Assembly: GCA_964247055.1 (NCBI GenBank)
Contig: OZ176050.1
Location: 3,782,001 to 3,846,000 of the forward strand
DNA length: 64,000 nucleotides
DNA from: Paragordius varius
Lineage: Eukaryota > Animalia > Nematomorpha
Direction: 5' to 3'
Position numbers and translations under genes: made by a program. Of the stretch, positions 27,301 through 42,300 are shown one piece after another. Numbering within the stretch: position 1 is the first letter of the stretch; each line of letters begins with the position of its first letter. The notes beneath the pieces are model-generated. The model worked only from the letters and a program-made list of their open reading frames with translations. It made no database searches and was not told the origin of the DNA.

Positions 27301-30300
27301 TTGACATTTGTAATTAGAATTTACTTTTATATCTGTCGTTTTCCATAGCAATATTTATTATAACACTCTATTTTTACGATATTTTTATTTTTACATCTTT
27401 AGATTGTTACTTTAAGTATTATAATATATAATAAAATATTGCTTTTTATTTGATAAAAATTTAAAAAATCCATGATTGCTTATAATAGGTTTGCAATCAA
27501 GTAGATTTTTGGGATAAAGAAATTCTAACTTATGCATCAGTACTACCAACAATTCACAATTTTTTCCATGACATATTGGTTGGAATTGATGAATATCAAT
27601 TACATAGTAAACTCTATATTTAGCTAATTCATATATCAAATATAAATAAATTTTGAATAAAAACTCATTAAAGAAATTATTATAAAGGAAAAACAAAAAA
27701 AATAAAATAATTATATATTTGTAAAAGGTCATATTGAAAAAATTGAAATATTTTCTTTACAAAAAATTATATTAGTCTTATAGTTTGTATGTTTTGTTTT
27801 TATATTTTTATTACTGTATTAACCATATATTTTTTAGATCAAAATACCGAGACTGCTCGCATAGAAATTAATGCGTTAACCAAATTGGTTCAACATTATC
27901 AATCATTGATACAATCACTATTATACAGAGGACAGGATTTAGCAAAGGTTTGTTTTGGCATATTATTACTTTAGAAATATACTTTTAGATTGATGTTGCC
28001 GGTTAATATATGTATTATCTCAACTTTTGCCTCTGTTTCGGTTTTAGAAGAGTTTTTCATTTATATTGCTACAAAATATAATTTTTTCGTGTTTTTCTAG
28101 TTTACTTAATATTTAATATGGTTTTTATACATTGCAATTTTTTTTTGTTAAAGTTTTAATTTTATTATTTAACTGCCAAAAATACTTAAATTTTGATTTT
28201 TTATTACACGCTATTTTTTATTAATAAGCTAGTAATATTTTTTATTTAAATTTTAATTTTACATTTTGATATTTAGTCTTGCATTTAATATATCTCTAGA
28301 TTTTGGATGATACCATAAATTCACCAACTTTTAACACATATGAATGTGGCGTGGCCAACGATGCAGCAAATCTTGAAAGTAGTAGTAATAGTAATACAGA
28401 AATGGCAAAATTAGGTTACATTTTTTCCCCTTCACAGGATCTGGAGTTTCGTTCACATATTGAAACGCTAATCTCCTACACTGAACAACGAATGACAGCA
28501 TTTGTACTCAGTGTTGAGCGCAAAAAAATGTATCATGAACGGAGCATTTATTTGGCCGAAACATTAACGGAAGAATGTTATCAGGTTTGAAATAATAACT
28601 TATAAAAATCTCAAATTGCTGAAATTATTATCATAGAGAATTTAGTATTTCAGATAACAATAGTTTTTAAAAACAGATATGTTTTTGGTTGATTTTTTTC
28701 GTCCTTTTTTACTTGTATATTTAAGATAATCACATAATAATAATGTTTTTTGTTATAATATGATTTAATTACTTATGTATCTTATAATTATATTATAAAA
28801 AGTGAAATCATTAAATAGAGTTAATGGGTAAATCGTAATTTTTTATATACCATTTACAATTCCACCTCACCCTTGACGAATTCAAATTCACCCTTGAACC
28901 ATTCAATATCGCCCTGAAAATAAATTATGTGTTTTCTAAAATAACTCATCATTAATAAAATTTATTTTTATGGCATAGGTTATTTTTTTATATTATATTA
29001 ATTATAACAAAATGTCATTTTTTAAAAATTTAAAAAATATAGATAATTTTAATTTTTAATAAAAACAAATTATTAATTTTATCAATTTGAATTGTTCAAG
29101 AGTGAATTTGAATCGTTCAAGGGGGAATTCGTATTGTAAATGGTAATTTGCGTTGGTTATTGAATTTAATATTCCATACAATTTAAAATATCTTTTTTAA
29201 TCAAATCAAACGTTAAATAAAATTCAAATGAATATGTTATTAATTTTTTTCATAGAATATGTATTTTACATAGTTTTGTTATATTAAAATTATTTGCGTT
29301 TTTAGTCATTAGATTCTATACGACATGCAAATAGCATTCTAAACACTAGTTTAGTCATACCCGTTTCGTTTAAGGACGCCGAACAAGTGGAAAAAAATAA
29401 TGAGCCATATAGGAAGGCTATTGAGGTTTTTTAAAAAATATTATTTAATATTTGGATAATATTTGTGGAGAAAACTTCTCTATTAAGTAGTTTGTTTAAG
29501 TTTTTTTTAAACAATAAAAAAACCAATTTGCTCATGTTTATATTTTTTTTGTGTGTTCAATACAAAAATAAAAAAATATTAACAGACTATAGGATTTAAT
29601 TAAATTTATTTCAGTTATATTTTGGAAAATATATTTATCCTTAAGGCTATTTAGTAATTTAATAACTTAACTCATTATATTCTATATAAACTATTAAAAA
29701 ATCTTGTAAAATAATAAAAATCAATTTTGAATTTTGGTAATATAAAATTGATATTAATTTGTTTTTTATCAATGTATGTTTTTTGTTTATGGTTTATCCA
29801 TTGAAGAGAACCATGTATAAAAATTGGATATGGTTCAATTTAATAAATTTTACGAGAATTCAAATTATTTTTTAACATAAAATATTCGTTCTCGTTGACA
29901 AAATTAATAAAAATTTAAGCCTGATTTTTTATAAGAAAATTAATAATTTTCTCTTATTATAAAATCAATGTACTATTAATTCACATCTCCCCCTTTTTAA
30001 CCCAAAACGATATAATCATAGTTTAAGAAAAAACGTTTAATAAATATGGTAAAAAATATTATTTTTTCATTTTTTATTCATTTTATTTAAATTTAATCTT
30101 TTATATGTAAAATAATATATTTTATCATCTTTTATCGTTTATAATCTAAAATTTATTGATATTATTTATCACATCTCAAAAAAGATTTTATTAACATTTT
30201 TATGAATATTTACATTTTTTCCTGCATTCTACATTAGAAAATCCAAGAACGTGTATTTAGTGTTCAACAAAAACTTGATGGGTTTATCGATTCTCTTGCC

Positions 30301-33300
30301 ACGTTAGATAATTTAGGTTGTGGTGCTGTTGGTGAGACTTTAGTAAATCAACAAAATTCTAATGTGAATTTAATCAATCAAGAGAATAACTCCTCTAATA
30401 ATTCAATGATAGAAAGACCAAACTCTTATCAAAATAATCAGCAAAATAGTTTTAATGGCAATAATAATAATAGAGCGTCATTGGCTTCATCATCGAGCGA
30501 TAATAACAATATTAGTAATATTTGATAAAATATTTTTGTTTATAGGAAAAAGTTTTTTGAGAATGTTAATAATTTTTTGTAAATTTAGCAATAAATTTTT
30601 TTTACAAAAGATAGTCAAAAAAAAAATTTTTACATAAATGTCCCTTGGACATTATAAATTTTATGTAATAGTGTTTTATACGCATACATAGTAGATGTTT
30701 CTTAAATTAGATTTTATATGTTTTATAGGCCATAATCATCAAAACACTAAAGATGGTGGCATACTCAATTATCGCAATTCATCCCATGGTTCGGCACCGA
30801 GTCAGTCTTTGGATCCCTCACAATGTATTTTAATTTCATGAAATATTTACTGAATATTATTTGCTTATTTTATTTGTAGTAATAAGATATTAAATAATTA
30901 GGTTTATTATTAATACCGATACTGTATTAATAATATAGATAATTAAGTTAATCATATATTTTTTGACGGTAAAATCACAAAATTAGGTATAAAAATGGTA
31001 AAATCAAAAAAAACCACACAAATGTTGACTGTTTTATTATGTAAACTATTTATTATCTTTATCATTTAAAGTTAATTTTTAATACATCTACCAAAAAGAG
31101 AAATGTTGTTACCGGAGAAAAAATCCTTAAATAATAAAAATAATAACTTAAAATTTGGTACATGGAATGTCGGAACTTTTGTTGGAACTTGGATGATAAT
31201 AACTGCGATTAAAGAACAAAAACTTGATATATGTTGTTTGCAAGAAACACGTTTTAAAAACAGAGGTAACTATCGACACGAAGGTTTCACACTTTATTAT
31301 GAAGGAGGAAAAACAGGGAAATCAGGAGTAGCCACATAAACGATCACATAAAAGAAAAAATAATTGACATCACACGTCACAACGAGAGAATTATTCAAAC
31401 GGCTCTTAATAATACAACCCTTAACATACTATCCATCTATACCTCTCAACAGAGTCGAAATGAATTTATCAAACTGGAATTCTGGCTGTTTTATCAGATT
31501 GCACAAAATGTTCCCACAAATGACATACTTTTGATCGGAGGAGATATAAATGGACACATTGGAATGCACGCTGATGGTTATGAAGACACGGTGGATTAGG
31601 TATTGGCTCTCGCAGGCGAAACTCTCTTAGATTTCTGCAGCGCTGGAGACTTACTGATTTGCAAACACTTCAGTAAAAAAACCAGCCAAATCCACACATA
31701 TAAAAGCGGAAATCACACATCGCAAATAGATTTTGTGTTGCTGAACCAACAACTTAGAAAAATTATAACTAACTTCAAAACTTATGAATATGATACACAA
31801 AATAAACTAATAGTTGCTTTTTTAACAATACAAACCGGCCTCGCCCTAAATTGCCTCATTCGGGTAATGAAAGTTATAAAAGATAAAAATAACAACACAG
31901 TTACTAAGACTCTTAGCATTCAAAATGTATGGACACAATGCATGCAAAATGCACTGAATTTCCAGCATTCAAATGTCGAGATACCAAACTTACCTCCAGT
32001 TATTGGGCCACCCCCAATCATTACTGCAGAAGATGTGAGCTTTGTTATGCAAAAATGTAAAATCAATAAAGCATCTGGTCCCACGGAAATCAAAACTGAA
32101 ATGTACAAAAATACTGAAGCAATTACCTATTTCACAGAGCTATTTAATCTGATTATAATGTAGTTAAATCCCAAACGACTGGAACCAAAGTGTCATAATT
32201 CCAATATATAAAAACAAATGTGACATGCTTAACCGCGCCTCCTACTGACCATTAAAATTACTTGAACACGCAACCAAATTATTCAAAATTATTATAGAAA
32301 ATAAAATACGTCAGTTTTGCTCGATAAACGAAACCCAATTCTGTTTCCAACAGGGTATCAGCACCTCGCCATATTCATTCTTAGAAGGCTATAAGAGAAT
32401 TAGGCTATAAGAGAATTACAGATGAAATAAAACCTTATATCACATCTTTATTGATTTAAGCCGTGCATTCGACTGCATCCCGCGGTCCCGATCACATGAG
32501 TTACGAAAAAAATCCGGAATGGATAATAAAAATAAAAATTGGTTTAGAAAATCTAATATATTATTCCGTTATTAAAGCGACATTTAATATATTTGCTTTA
32601 TGTTAAAAATTATTTTAAACAAAATATAATTATTTTATGACAAAAAAGATGCATTTTCCAGTTTGGTTCATGGTTTAAGACAGCGAGCTAGCGAAGAACT
32701 CTCTCGTGCCATAACACAGGAATGGTCTAATTTTGTCACTAGAGCTCAAACTCGACATCGGTATGTATAAATTTTATATCCTTTTTTGTAAATAAATTAT
32801 TCCAAGATGAATATATATATATATATCAAATCTCTTAACATTGTTTTGTAATATAATGATAGAGATTGTATTCAATTTAGCTTAAATAATATGCGTTTAA
32901 AATTTGTTTCTTTTTACATACATTACATCACTAATAACCACGTACAAGTCAACCTTTTGAGCCTAATAACAATTGATCATTTAACATAATTTATGATTAA
33001 TTCCTTTAATTTGAATCAATTTATATTCACTACATCGAAATCATCTAATATTAATTAATTCAAAAATTAATTTTGTTTTTACAATAATGGTTAGTTTGAT
33101 TATGGTTGCCGCACGATTTCACAATTTTTCCCACAATATGAAATCTGTAACTGAGGCCTTGGTTCAAGATTATGGTCTTGTGTTTGAACGTGAGAGTACA
33201 GCATCTATGCCTCAATCTGTTATGACCATGTCCATTTCATCGCTTATAAGCGCTTCAAATTCGGCAAATACTCCCTCAGGTTTGCTGAAAACTAAATTAT

Positions 33301-36300
33301 TTCATTAAAAGATGATGCTTTTAAAACAAATTAATTTTAAATTTAATGTTTTTTCAAATGTAATTTAATATGGGAAAGTTATGTTATCTTTTACTAAAAT
33401 GATTAACTTTAAAACATAAAATCTTTTTACGTAAGTTTACAAAATGGGGTAAAATCATTTTGTATTTTAAAAATAATTTATTATTTTTTGTCATTATTTA
33501 AAATAAAATAAATAATATTAAATGGTTTTATCTAATATTTAAAGCTGGTGACTGCAAAAGTAAAGGTCAGTGTTGAACTTAATTTAATAAAGATTTTATG
33601 GATTTTACGGGAAGTTTTTTTTAGCATATACAGGCTTCTATTGCGTATTGTATAAACAAAAACTATAAATGTATTTAACATAAAATTAGAAAGCATCTAA
33701 AATAATTATGAAATTAAAATGTTTATTTTCCCTTATAAATTGAAATTATTTCAATTTCTCTAGAATGGTTTGAATGGTGCAACCACACTGATCTTATATG
33801 TGAATCCGATGTTCAAATGGCAAAATCACATCTAAATACACTCTTAATGTTAAATCAACAAAATAGTTATAATGAAAATAACTCCGCCAATAATATGAAT
33901 GCAAATGGGCCAATTTTATTGACGACATCTACTTTGGAGCGAGTTAACAAATTTTTAGCCCATTTGAATCACCAACTTGAAGGGGTGAATGCAGCATCCC
34001 TAAAGCACAGTGAACAAAAGGAACAATTTTTAAAAGTATAATCACACATTTGATAAAATTAAGTTTTAATGGATAATATATGAGAAAATCGAAATATTTT
34101 TTAACAATTAGTTCAAAAACAAATTTATTACATAATAATTAATGGAATTAATCGTAAAAAGGAACCTTATAACTATAAATAAATAGGCCTATGCTATTTT
34201 TATTTTGCAATTAATACAGATAATTTAAACATTTAAATAAAAAAATCATAGAATACCATTCAGGGGTTAAATATATTTTAAATAAATATCTCATTTTCTA
34301 AAGATGCGATAAATATTAAATCTAGCATTTAATGTTATTAAAAGAGGAATTATTTAGCCACCAATTTCAACAATCATAATTTTTGAGAAGGTGTTCTGAA
34401 GATGTCTTATATATATAACCATAAATGTTTTTAACGGTTTTGTCTCTATTTTGATTCAAAATCCATTTTGTACAAAAAGCTATATTAACTTCTTTCGCAC
34501 AAAATTTTTTAACTGTATATACAAATTATCTATATCGTAATTAATATTCAGTCATATAGTTTAAAACATATTATAAGCACCTAGTTCATTATAATCCTTA
34601 CTTTTCTTTATAGAATTGTTCATTGGCTCGGCGAATTGCTGAATTTTTTCTCCGATATTTGCAAAGAAGTGTTCAGGAAAGAAATGCGCTCTCTTCCTCC
34701 TCTAGATTTGGCAACAATAATGATTGTACTTCCTATAGCGTTAGACAAGATAGTATTGATAATTTTTCCATTTATTCCCACAATAATAATAATAATGATG
34801 ATGAGGATTGTTCTATACACTTGGCTAATGTCAATAGTATGTTATATAATTTTTTGTACTTTTTTGTAATTGCGCAAAAGATTTTATTTTTATCGTTATT
34901 TTGCCTATTAGTATGAATTTGATTCTTAATTTTAAATATCCATAGATAATTATTTTAAATTTATAGTAATCACTGGCTTTTTAATAGATTTTTTAATATA
35001 ATTTAAAATTACAAAAAAAGTTATTTAAAGGATTGGGTTTCAATGTCTTACCATACCATATTGTTGATTGTTTATAAATTACAACGTTTGGTGACAAACT
35101 ACTATAAATTTCCGAATCTTTTGTATCCTTAAAATTAAAATTCCTTTTATATTCATAATTCTTTTAGATGTGTTAGCCCAACTCTCAGAACGTGAAGGAC
35201 AAGTTTTGACTCTCTGGACTCGTAAAAAACAAGTAATGGATGATTGCTATCAATATTTACAATTGGAACAAAGCTCTTTACAGGTATAATCTATCTACTA
35301 CTTAATTTTATCGCATTTTTACATAAATTTGTAGTAAAAATTGAAATATAAAGATAAAATGTAAAAGCCAAAAGAGTAAATTAAAAACTGCTATACTTTT
35401 TATCTACATTTCTGCCAATCGTTTTTGCGTACGAAATATAGAATAGAGCTTAATTACTCTCTTTAATTGTATGTTTAGAATATATTGAAAATGTTAAGGT
35501 TTAAAAAGTATGTCAGTGTCTGAAAAACCATTAGTTTTTATGGTTTATTATCATTTTATTATTTTTTATATACGTTTGCAGTTGATTCTTTGGTTGAATG
35601 AAATTTTGTGTGAAATTACAAAAAATGCACCAATGCCTGCATCCAATTATCTGGCTAATAAGAAAAAATGTCACATCCAAAATTTGGACAGTGCCAATAC
35701 AACATGGAATGTAGATCGCAAAAGTTGTGAATCCCAAATAACAGATAACAATAAATTTGTGACAAATTTAAAACGTGTCACAAAAACCATCAAAGAAAAG
35801 GTACGTATATTGCATTTGCTCAAATGCTTTATACTATTTTCGGGATTCAAAACGAAACAATTTGTAATTATAGTTTTAACATATTTTTAATTTGGATCCG
35901 GTTCCATTTTTGTTAAAACGATGGTTTTGATTGCGGTTATATATTTTATATGTTGGCAATTATCTGAGTTTTAATCACAAAGTAAACGTGCAGATTGCAA
36001 TATTATGCATGTTATATTTTTACACATTAAATTACATTTTATAATTTTAATGTTCAAACTATATTCAAAGTTAACATTGTAAGAAAAATGGAAAAATCAC
36101 TTATCCATTTGAAACCGCAGTTTGGTTTTAAAAACAGTTTTAAACATAATTATTTCTGTTTTACCGAAATTCTTTTTGTTTCTAACCCTATTTATATAAA
36201 TAGTAAGATTTAACCCTAAAAAATATTTTTATTTTTGACTTAGCACTCAAATCTTGTCAGGCACGCCGATACTTTCGTCTACAATTTAATTCACAGCCAC

Positions 36301-39268
36301 GCAGATTGTGGGGATAATGGTAATGGCGGGAAAGCCCTGATAAATTTGATCAAACAGCAACATAAGACAAACTCGTTATCGGTAAACGATTCCAAAGGTC
36401 TTATGGAAACCTTAACATCCGCAGTTTTTAGTCAACAGACCAATAACTCAATGTTAAATTTATTACCATTTCATTTGTCTTTAATGGTTACTCATGTATG
36501 GCCTAAAACGATAGAATTGTATCATGTTTGTCTTGATATGTTGGCATATCGGATCGAAAATTGTAAATCCAGTATTAATCTATACTTACAAACGATAGAA
36601 AAATTGGAGATCTCACAACTCGAAATGCAACAATCATCCACAAAAAAAATCCAAAGCATCGAAGGTGAGATTGTGTATAATGAATAAATTTGTTTGGATA
36701 AAATCTTTTTAGGGTTACGTGTGAGAAAAAGCGTAAAATATGTAAAATAAATATTTTTTATGGAGCTATATACGATTTTTAGTTCCCCTTTTTATAGCCT
36801 ATATGTTTAGATTTAAATATCTAATGAACCCTTAATTTCATATTTCATAGCCATGTATTTAACATTACTAACCATATATTTAGTAAATTCAGGGGGAGAG
36901 GGGGGCATAAATATAGTTGACTCAATTTTATTTTGCCCTTATCTTAAAAACAGAGCTTTTATCCTTCATCTTTTATTACCTATTATGTTTGTTAACCTTT
37001 TTTGTGGAATAATATCTGACATTTACTTTTGTTTGATTCAGATTCTATAATTATGAGATCTCCGGTTGGACGATCTGGTTACAGTAATGCTAATATTAAC
37101 GCTGAAAAACAGGATGATACTATAAAAGAAATCTCAACTTCAACAGGGTATTCAAACGAATCTGGTTTTGTTTCTTGTGGAAATAAGAGTGTCAATAGTC
37201 AAGATCCAAATGATAAGGTATATTTTGCGCTAAATTTTAACATCTTTCGGAGTTAGTCATGCACTTGTATTTCAAAACAGTTTAAACTTTTTTTTACTCT
37301 TTCACACTTTTTGAAAGCTATCAAAGAATTATATTAATTTAGCTCTAAGAGGTAAATAAAACCAAATTCTAGGGATAATCATCTTTTTTGTGAAATCTAA
37401 GGTTTATGCATTTTACGCAAAAAAAGGTACAAAGTGTAGTTTCCAACACTTCCATTCAAACCACAAGCTCATCACATTCTCAATCGTCGGCGGATCAAGC
37501 GAGTAATATCCCACCATTTAGTACGCATGAGTCATCTGATTTGCTGGCAAAATCGACACCGACCCCTGCGACATTGGCCGAAATTGAAGAAAAGCAAAAG
37601 ATTGCCAAGAAAAGAGAGTAATACAATACTTATATTTGCTAAATATGGCACAAAACAATTCGCAGACAAATCATTATTTTGTGTGACACATATATATGTG
37701 TATAAGTATATTAGGAAAATGTTTTTTTATCAATCTTTTTTGTGCTGTATTTGGGCGCAAAATGGTTTACAAACCATATTTTTTTAATTCTTCCGGACAA
37801 TACAATTTTATCTTAACAACGGTCTTTTGAAATAAAATGTTTGTTGTCTTTGGATTACATCAACATTTTGTTTTAATTTATGCCGAATGATAGTTTGTTT
37901 TATTAAATTAATAACCTTTCTAGGTTCGTTTTTTTACAAAAAAAAGGTTGTGTTTTATTGTATGTATGTATTCTCATTTTTCATGCATTTTTAATTTTTT
38001 TTATCTATTTTATAACAACCATTGATTTCCCTTTACCAAATTAGATTTATTATGAGTGAACTAATTTCAACCGAAGAAACGTATGTCAATGATTTAACCT
38101 TTTGCATTGAACATTACATGAATGGGCCCTTTTTACGATTCGCCAGAGATGAGGATTATCAAATGGAAAATGGCGAATATGATAATTGTTTGCGTAAACC
38201 GATCGGATTTGTGGAAACGCTACCGAAGCTATTGAGAACGGCATTAGATGCTTCTGGATTAATTAATCACACAGCTTTTACGAATAATTAGTAAAGAGGA
38301 TTTTTGCTTTTGTTGGTTTTTTAAAAATTTTAAAAAAGGATTTTTTCATTTTAAATATAGTTTTTTTGCTATATACTTAATAATATCTCTAGCGCACTCG
38401 CACTTCTTAAAGATTATACAATATATTTATAAGTGTTTTTAACAAGGCAAGTTAAATTAGCTTATAAAGTGTAATGTGAAATTTATAGTTTTGGCGCATT
38501 TAATGAGGCAATTCAATACTTATATTTAAATGTCAAATATCATTAGCCAATCATCTGGTCTTTCAATGGTGGCGGCGTTTGTATCAACCGTTTTTTGTAA
38601 TTTAAGAGCTATCTTGGCTTTTCATAAGGATAATTTCTTGAAAGAACTTTACAAGTATAAACATTTGCCTGAGGATGTGGGGCATTGTTTTGTGACCTGG
38701 AGTCATATGTTTTACCAATTATATGTGAGGTCAGTCTTAAAATTTTTAAAATTGTATTAAATATATTTATATGCTTCATAATTTACAGTTTACATTACGT
38801 GATGTTTTGTTTATACATTTTTGTTACTTTTTGATATTCATGCAAATCAATAGAATTTTAATAAAAGACTATGGTAAAAACAAAAGAAAAATTTCATTTT
38901 AAATCAAAAAATAAAACTCTTTTGAATGATTGTATAAAATTACTTCAATATATATATATATATATAAATTTTACTATAGATATTGTACGAATAAGCCTCA
39001 TTCTAATACACTTTTGGCTTGTTCTGGGGTGGAAGATTCGTATTTTCATGATATCCAATTGCGATCTCAATTACCTCTTAGCTTATCGGCTTATTTGATA
39101 AAACCTGTACAACGTATAACAAAATATCAATTATTGTTGAAAGAACTCCTTGCTACAAGCATAAATCATACCAGTGAGATTAAGGTACAACCATTTACAT
39201 ATTATTCTTAATATGAATTCATTAAGTTAAAAATTAATAATCATTGGTAAAATAAATGATTTTTATAA

Positions 39269-39306
<38 letters not shown>

Positions 39307-42300
39307 GAGATTTTCGGCCAGAAAATAACCTATCTGACTGCTTTAAAGTTATTAATTTTCTTACTAGTCAATTAATGTAGCAATTACAAAATATGTTGTA
39401 TACAAATAAACAAAATACTAATATCCAATTGGTTGTTAGTATTGATAATAAATTCAATTGGAACAAGTTTCTGAATCTCATGAAATAATCATTAAATTTA
39501 AGGCTAATACCAATAATTATTTAACCTTTATTATGGAGAAAACATATGTTTATAATTATTTATGTGAAAAATTGGTGACATTTTTGGTTGCATTTATTAG
39601 CACCCAACCCTAAAAGTATATATTTTTAAAAAGATATTTATCTGGGATTATTTTTATAAGAACATTGTTTTTATAAAAATATTTTTTTGTAGGATGGTTT
39701 GGAGGTTATGCTTAACGTGCCTAAACAAGCGAATGATGCTATGCATTTATCCCTACTTTCTCCCCTCTCTTTATTTGGCAACACATACGAGACTACCCAA
39801 TATCAAAACCATCAAATGTCCATTTTTGAAATGCATTTTGGCGAATTAATCATGCAGGAATCGTTGAAAGGTAATTCATATTAATATTTTTTATGTACTT
39901 ATGATTTAAGAGTATTGGATGATTGAAACTTTTCTATTTTAAAAATGTATAATATTGTATAGAGTTCTACGGTATATTATGTATTTTTTCCTAATGTATT
40001 ATTAGATTATATTGTAAGATGTAAGGAATATGTACTTTTAAGACTTAAGTTTGTGCAATTATTATGACTTATTGTATACGCTGAAATATTATTGTACAAA
40101 TTAGCTGTATTTAAATTCATCAATAATAAAATAATTGTTTTCATACAACTCTTAATGTATTTTATGTTTTTAACCTAATTAAATTAAACTATAAAGTATG
40201 GGATTATTGGGGAACTTCCAACAATGGAGCGACTCATTTTCCCCATGATATGCAAACGTTTGAAAACAATTCTGCCAATAACAACAGTAAGAAAAAATCG
40301 ACCACATCTTTCATGAAGTCTCGTTCGGTTGTAAATGTTGGAAAATCTGGGAAAGAACGACAAATATTTGTGTTTGAAATGTGTCTCTTACTGTGTAAAA
40401 AGCAAACGCTAAAAGATTCAAATACAGCTGCTAATATTACACTTAATAACAATAATAATATAAATGGGAAAATAAATGATCAGAGCGGGAACCAGCAAAA
40501 CATTGAGTCCCTACAAACAGAATTGATATCTATGATTGATGGTAGTATTAATAATTTTTATGAAACTATTTTAATATTTTATAAAAAATTCCATTTTGTT
40601 GTGTTCGTATTTAAAACCGAATGATAAATATTAATATAATTGAATAATAAAAATATTTGATTGATCATTGTAAGGTTAATAATAAATTATGTTTTGTCGT
40701 TTACCAACTAATTTATGATTATATGTGTAATTATTTGTTTTAGATTCAATTCCTAACGCCACCAATTATTTCAATCTTGCTTCAGCTAACAATGGATCCC
40801 GAACAGCTTATACGCTTAAAACTAAAATATTGGTAAATTTTTTATTAAATAAGTTTTAATTATATTCGTTAACATTGTAATTATGATCAGATAAATTTTT
40901 ATATCTTTGGTTTATATCAAAAAATAATTAAAATGTTGTTTTTTAAAAGCAAAATCTTGGTTAACTTTTTGTTAGTTTTATGTTACTTTTTGGCCGTGGG
41001 TATCATATTTTTATTCATAGGTATGCATTAATAAATGGCTTAAACGCATACAGGCTCTCTAAATTAATATTTTTAAAAATACTTTATTTATACTCCCTAC
41101 ATTGTATAGAATATTTAATATGCCTTATTCTTCTTTTTTTACATATAGTTATCTGAAGTGGGGATAACGGAACACATTGAAGGTGATGAATGTAAATTTG
41201 CTCTTTGGCACATGGCCTCAAATAATAATAATATCCTTTACAATAATAATACAAATTCTGGAGCAATTAATAATACATTATCCCTGAATAATGGATTAAA
41301 TGATTTGATTTCGGGCATAGCACCTCCTATAATGTTAAATAATGCACATAATAGTTCATCCTCAGGCCGTCGGATAGTATTTAAGGCTCCTTCCCTTGAA
41401 TGCAAACATACCTGGATCAAAAAGTTACGAGAGCTGGTTAACGCTTTCAGTTTTTTCCGATTAACACGTAAGCCATTTGCATTAATTCTATCAATCTTAT
41501 TTATCAAGTTTATTTTGTGTACGTTTGGGAATCGCTTTAAAAATAAGTTTTGTTTTAATCGTAATAACCATAGATAGGATAAACTCATATATTTGTTAAC
41601 ATTTAATTTATTGATGACTCTCTTCGTTGAAATTTTTAGGGTTTGATTTAAAACTACTATTGAAAGTATTCGCATGATTATAATTTGTCTTCATTTGTTA
41701 AACAAATTTTATATTTTTCAATTGTACATATTTCAGCAATAATTGAACGTTTTCAATTAATACAACATGAATGTTTTAATATTACCCAGTAAACTTTGTC
41801 GCATATAAGTAAGTATAAAACTAACATTTAAAAAATATACTAAATGTGTTTTGTTTGATTTGTTTTTTAGGTTATCCATCCTCCATATCCAGTTATGCAA
41901 GTTGTTCATCTGCATCTTTGCTTTCCAGATCCTCGTTTTCCCAATCACTCAAAAAGGGAATGGTCGAAGAAACTAAAACAAAATCTACCGTAACAACATC
42001 AAATGGAATAATGATGTTGGATACTACAAAACAATCACCACAAACCGTACAAAATTTAGGGAAGGGAGCCATGAATAAAAGTGATGTTTCAGAAAAAATG
42101 GGAATACTTCACGGCACGCAAAATGGGTAAATGATTTCAAAATATTTTGGATCAATTTAAATTGGATTTAATTTTAGGAAAGTTTCAGACGTGCAACTCT
42201 TACAAATATTTAGGTGGGCTTTTAAAAAAAATGTACACATTCATTGAATTTAAAGTGGGTTCTCTAATAATAAATCCAAATATAACAAATAATACCTGAC

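Noticed and set aside
41238-41675. Antisense ORFs over coding exons (also 51287-51613, 48620-48862, 15685-15906, 34620-34820)
   Set aside because: Shadows of real exons on the opposite strand; no independent motifs or splice structure.
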